Assembly (NCBI GenBank): GCA_937868245.1
Contig: CALMMI010000278.1
Span: 1-10,557, forward strand
Source: an uncultured Ignavibacteria bacterium
GTDB lineage: Bacteria > Bacteroidota > Ignavibacteria > Kapaibacteriales > UBA961
Length of the DNA stretch: 10,557 bases
Direction of reading: 5' to 3'
Shown: positions 8,372-10,557 of the stretch, piece by piece
How positions within the stretch are numbered: the first letter of the stretch is position 1
How the letters are laid out: each line of letters starts with the position of its first letter
The notes under the pieces: model-generated
What the model saw: only the letters and a program-made list of their open reading frames with translations
The model's database searches: none
What the model was told of the DNA's origin: nothing
Position numbers and translations under genes: made by a program

Positions 8372-8457
8372 ATAAATAATGTATTGCCGATGTAATTATT
8401 TCATCAATACAGGTTAAAAAAACTTATTCTTTCACTTTTTACGAAAGTTACGGCTTT

Positions 8458-10371
8458 ATGGAAATCAACAGTTCAGTTTGGTTTATCGTTGTTCCGCTTA
8501 TCATTCTACTTATCTTTTATCGGTTGGTTTTCCGTTTATTTGGGGTTGTAATAATACCCGAAAATAAAATCGGACTTGTTACTAAGAAGTTTGTATTATT
8601 CGGTGCTAACAAATCCCTGCCCGACGGTAGGATTATTGCTACAAACGGTGAGGCAGGCTATCAGGCAAAAGGTCTTGCACCGGGTGTGTATTTCTGGATG
8701 TGGTTTTGGCAATATGAAATAAAAATGCAGGATTTTATGATTATTCCCGAAGGGAAAATCGGATTAATCGTAGCTAAAGACGGTTCGGAACTTGAAACAG
8801 GTCGTGTACTCGCCCGCAAGGTTGAATGCGACAGTTTTCAAGATGCGGAAAAGTTCCTTAGTACCGGTGGTAGGAAAGGTCGGCAAACTGCCTATATCAC
8901 AACAGGAACATACCGTATCAATACATTCCTGTTTGATGTGATAATTTCGGACATGACCCATATCAATGAAAATAAAGTTGGGATTATCACTACAATGGAC
9001 GGTATGCCAATTGACGAAGGGCAAATTGCCGGAAGGCAAATCGAAGGACATAACAATTTTCAGGATACCGACGCTTTTCTGAGTAACGGAGGTAACAAGG
9101 GCTTACAACCACAGGTTGTTCTAGCAGGTTCGTATAACCTAAATCCGTGGTTTGTTCAAGTAGAAGAAATTTCTATGACAGAAATCCCTATTGGTCATGT
9201 TGGGGTAGTGATTAGCTACGTAGGTAGTGACGGAGAAGATTTAAGCGGAATTGAATTCCGTCATGGCAATATCGTTTCCAAAGGTAAGAAAGGAGTTTGG
9301 GCGGAGCCGTTTGGTCCGGGTAAATATCCTATCAATACCTACATTCAACGTACTGAACTTGTACCGACAACCAATTTGGTGTTAAATTGGGCAACTGCAC
9401 GTACTGAGTCGCACTTGTTGGATAAGAATCTCTCTACGATTACAGTGCGGAGTAAGGACGGGTTCCCATTTAATCTGGATGTTTCACAGATTATACACAT
9501 CCCTTCCACAGAAGCACCGAAAGTTATTGCTCGTTTCGGTACAATGTTAAATCTTGTTACACAAGTACTTGAACCGACAATCGGGAATTATTTCCGCAAT
9601 TCTGCACAGGATGCTGATGTAATTGCGTTCCTTGTATCACGGAAAGAACGTCAGGATGCAGCAAAACTTCATATCAGCAGAGTGTTGGAACAGTATAATG
9701 TGTATGCGGTCGATACCCTTATCGGTGATATTATTCCACCGGAATCCCTCATGAAAACCTTGACTGACAGAAAACTTGCCCAAGAACAAAAAGTAACATT
9801 CGAGACTCAACGCGAGGCGCAAGAGACACGCCAAAAACTAGAGAAGGAAACTGCTATCGCAGAAATGCAAAAGGAGATTGTGAAGGCTGACCAAGGTGTG
9901 CAAATTGCAAAACGTATAGCTGATGCTGCAGTTGAAAAAGCAAGCGGGGAGGCACAAGGAGTAAAAATTTCTTCCAATGCAGAAGCAGAACGTACAAAGG
10001 TTATCGCAGGAGCGGATGCGGAGCGGACAAAATTAACTGCCAATGCGGAAGCCGAAAAAATACGGGCACTTGCCAATGCAGAAGCCGAAAAAATATCGGT
10101 GACAGGAAATGCAGAAGCTGAGAAAATCCTTGCAATCGGAAAGTCGAGTGCTGAATCTTACCGTTTGCAAGTGGATGCAATGGGAGGTGATAATTTCACG
10201 CGTCTAAAAGTGACCGAGGCAATCGGAACAAGTAAAATCAAGATTATTCCTGATGTACTGATAACAGGAGGTAGTTCGGATTCTCCAAACGGACCAATAA
10301 GCGGATTACTTGGTTTGAAACTGATGGAAGATCTCTCAAAAAGAGTAAGTGAACCACAAAAAGAGGAATAA
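8458..10371 (+). CDS. Membrane-anchored SPFH/band-7 flotillin-family protein (YqiK/FloT-like) with four tandem N-terminal modules and C-terminal Glu-Ala repeats.
   Basis: 637 aa. It has an N-terminal transmembrane helix (VWFIVVPLIILLIFYRLVF). The SPFH core is ITVRSKDGFPFNLDVSQIIHIP...VYAVDTLIGDIIPPESL. A coiled-coil segment follows, then EA repeats (NAEAERTKVIAGADAERTKLTANAEAEKIRALANAEAEKISVTGNAEAEKILAIG) that are diagnostic of flotillins. Confidence 0.85.
   Translation: MEINSSVWFIVVPLIILLIFYRLVFRLFGVVIIPENKIGLVTKKFVLFGANKSLPDGRIIATNGEAGYQAKGLAPGVYFWMWFWQYEIKMQDFMIIPEGKIGLIVAKDGSELETGRVLARKVECDSFQDAEKFLSTGGRKGRQTAYITTGTYRINTFLFDVIISDMTHINENKVGIITTMDGMPIDEGQIAGRQIEGHNNFQDTDAFLSNGGNKGLQPQVVLAGSYNLNPWFVQVEEISMTEIPIGHVGVVISYVGSDGEDLSGIEFRHGNIVSKGKKGVWAEPFGPGKYPINTYIQRTELVPTTNLVLNWATARTESHLLDKNLSTITVRSKDGFPFNLDVSQIIHIPSTEAPKVIARFGTMLNLVTQVLEPTIGNYFRNSAQDADVIAFLVSRKERQDAAKLHISRVLEQYNVYAVDTLIGDIIPPESLMKTLTDRKLAQEQKVTFETQREAQETRQKLEKETAIAEMQKEIVKADQGVQIAKRIADAAVEKASGEAQGVKISSNAEAERTKVIAGADAERTKLTANAEAEKIRALANAEAEKISVTGNAEAEKILAIGKSSAESYRLQVDAMGGDNFTRLKVTEAIGTSKIKIIPDVLITGGSSDSPNGPISGLLGLKLMEDLSKRVSEPQKEE
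10039..10137 (+). repeat. Tandem 33-bp (11-codon) direct repeats encoding the flotillin EA motif.
   Basis: gccaatgcggaagccgaaaaaata at 10039..10062 and gccaatgcagaagccgaaaaaata at 10072..10095 match at 23 of 24 positions with a 33-bp period. A third, more degenerate copy (ggaaatgcagaagctgagaaaatc) follows. Confidence 0.7.
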
Positions 10372-10429
10372 TATTGCAGTTAGTATATGGTTTAATTTAT
10401 AATCTGGTTTAGCAAAAAACGATTAAATT

Positions 10430-10476
10430 ATTAGCACCTCTATTTTTTGTAATATAGGTGCTAATTTATTTTTAAA
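10430..10476 (+). terminator. Intrinsic terminator of the flotillin gene.
   Basis: attagcacct / aggtgctaat form a perfect 10-bp stem (10430..10439 and 10456..10465) with a 16-nt loop. The T-rich tract tttatttttaaat follows immediately. Confidence 0.65.
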
Positions 10477-10557
10477 TACATATCAATTTAGTGTATTACT
10501 GCTACGGGTATAGTAACATTCACTCCCGATTGTAATTCAACCCGTACAACATACATC

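Noticed and set aside
8764-10076. Minus-strand ORFs 8764..9051, 9637..9834 and 9807..10076 opposite the flotillin gene, the last being Ala/Ser-rich.
   Set aside because: They are antisense to the flotillin frame. The Ala/Ser-rich peptide is simply the complement of the GAA/GCA-rich EA repeats.
10496-10550. 7-bp inverted repeat tacgggt ... acccgta with a 30-nt spacer at the window end.
   Set aside because: The stem is too short relative to the loop to be meaningful. It is probably chance.
1-10557. CRISPR arrays, tRNA/rRNA genes, IS elements or integrases.
   Set aside because: There are no regularly spaced direct repeats, no cloverleaf-compatible segments and no transposase- or integrase-like ORFs. 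The only repeats are the in-frame 33-bp units of the flotillin gene and short terminator or palindrome stems.

Overview
This window looks like chromosomal DNA from a Bacteroidota- or Chlorobi-type genome, with mostly housekeeping genes. The evidence for that placement is mixed GC around 42-46%, no Shine-Dalgarno sequences in front of the major genes, and an 'AFSQ'-type signal peptide. In order, the genes are a cytoplasmic alpha/beta-hydrolase (S9 / dienelactone-hydrolase-like, minus strand), a divergent aspartokinase-family protein (minus), a UvrD/PcrA-type DNA helicase with a C-terminal Tudor-like tail (plus), a small unknown ORF and a DEAD-box RNA helicase with a DbpA-type C-terminal RNA-binding domain (both minus, apparently one transcript), a markedly AT-rich secreted TPR-like protein (plus), and a 637-aa membrane-anchored SPFH/flotillin (YqiK/FloT-like) protein with C-terminal Glu-Ala repeats (plus). 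I found no CRISPR array, tRNA/rRNA, transposase or integrase, and nothing that reads clearly as a defence system. The parts that least resemble plain housekeeping are a roughly 1.5-kb low-GC block (520-bp AT-rich spacer plus the TPR gene) sitting directly upstream of the flotillin gene, the unusual four-fold tandem N-terminal module structure of the flotillin, a 40-bp near-perfect palindrome, and an aspartokinase homologue with a degenerate catalytic glycine-rich motif. All calls are made by eye from motifs. No database search was possible.
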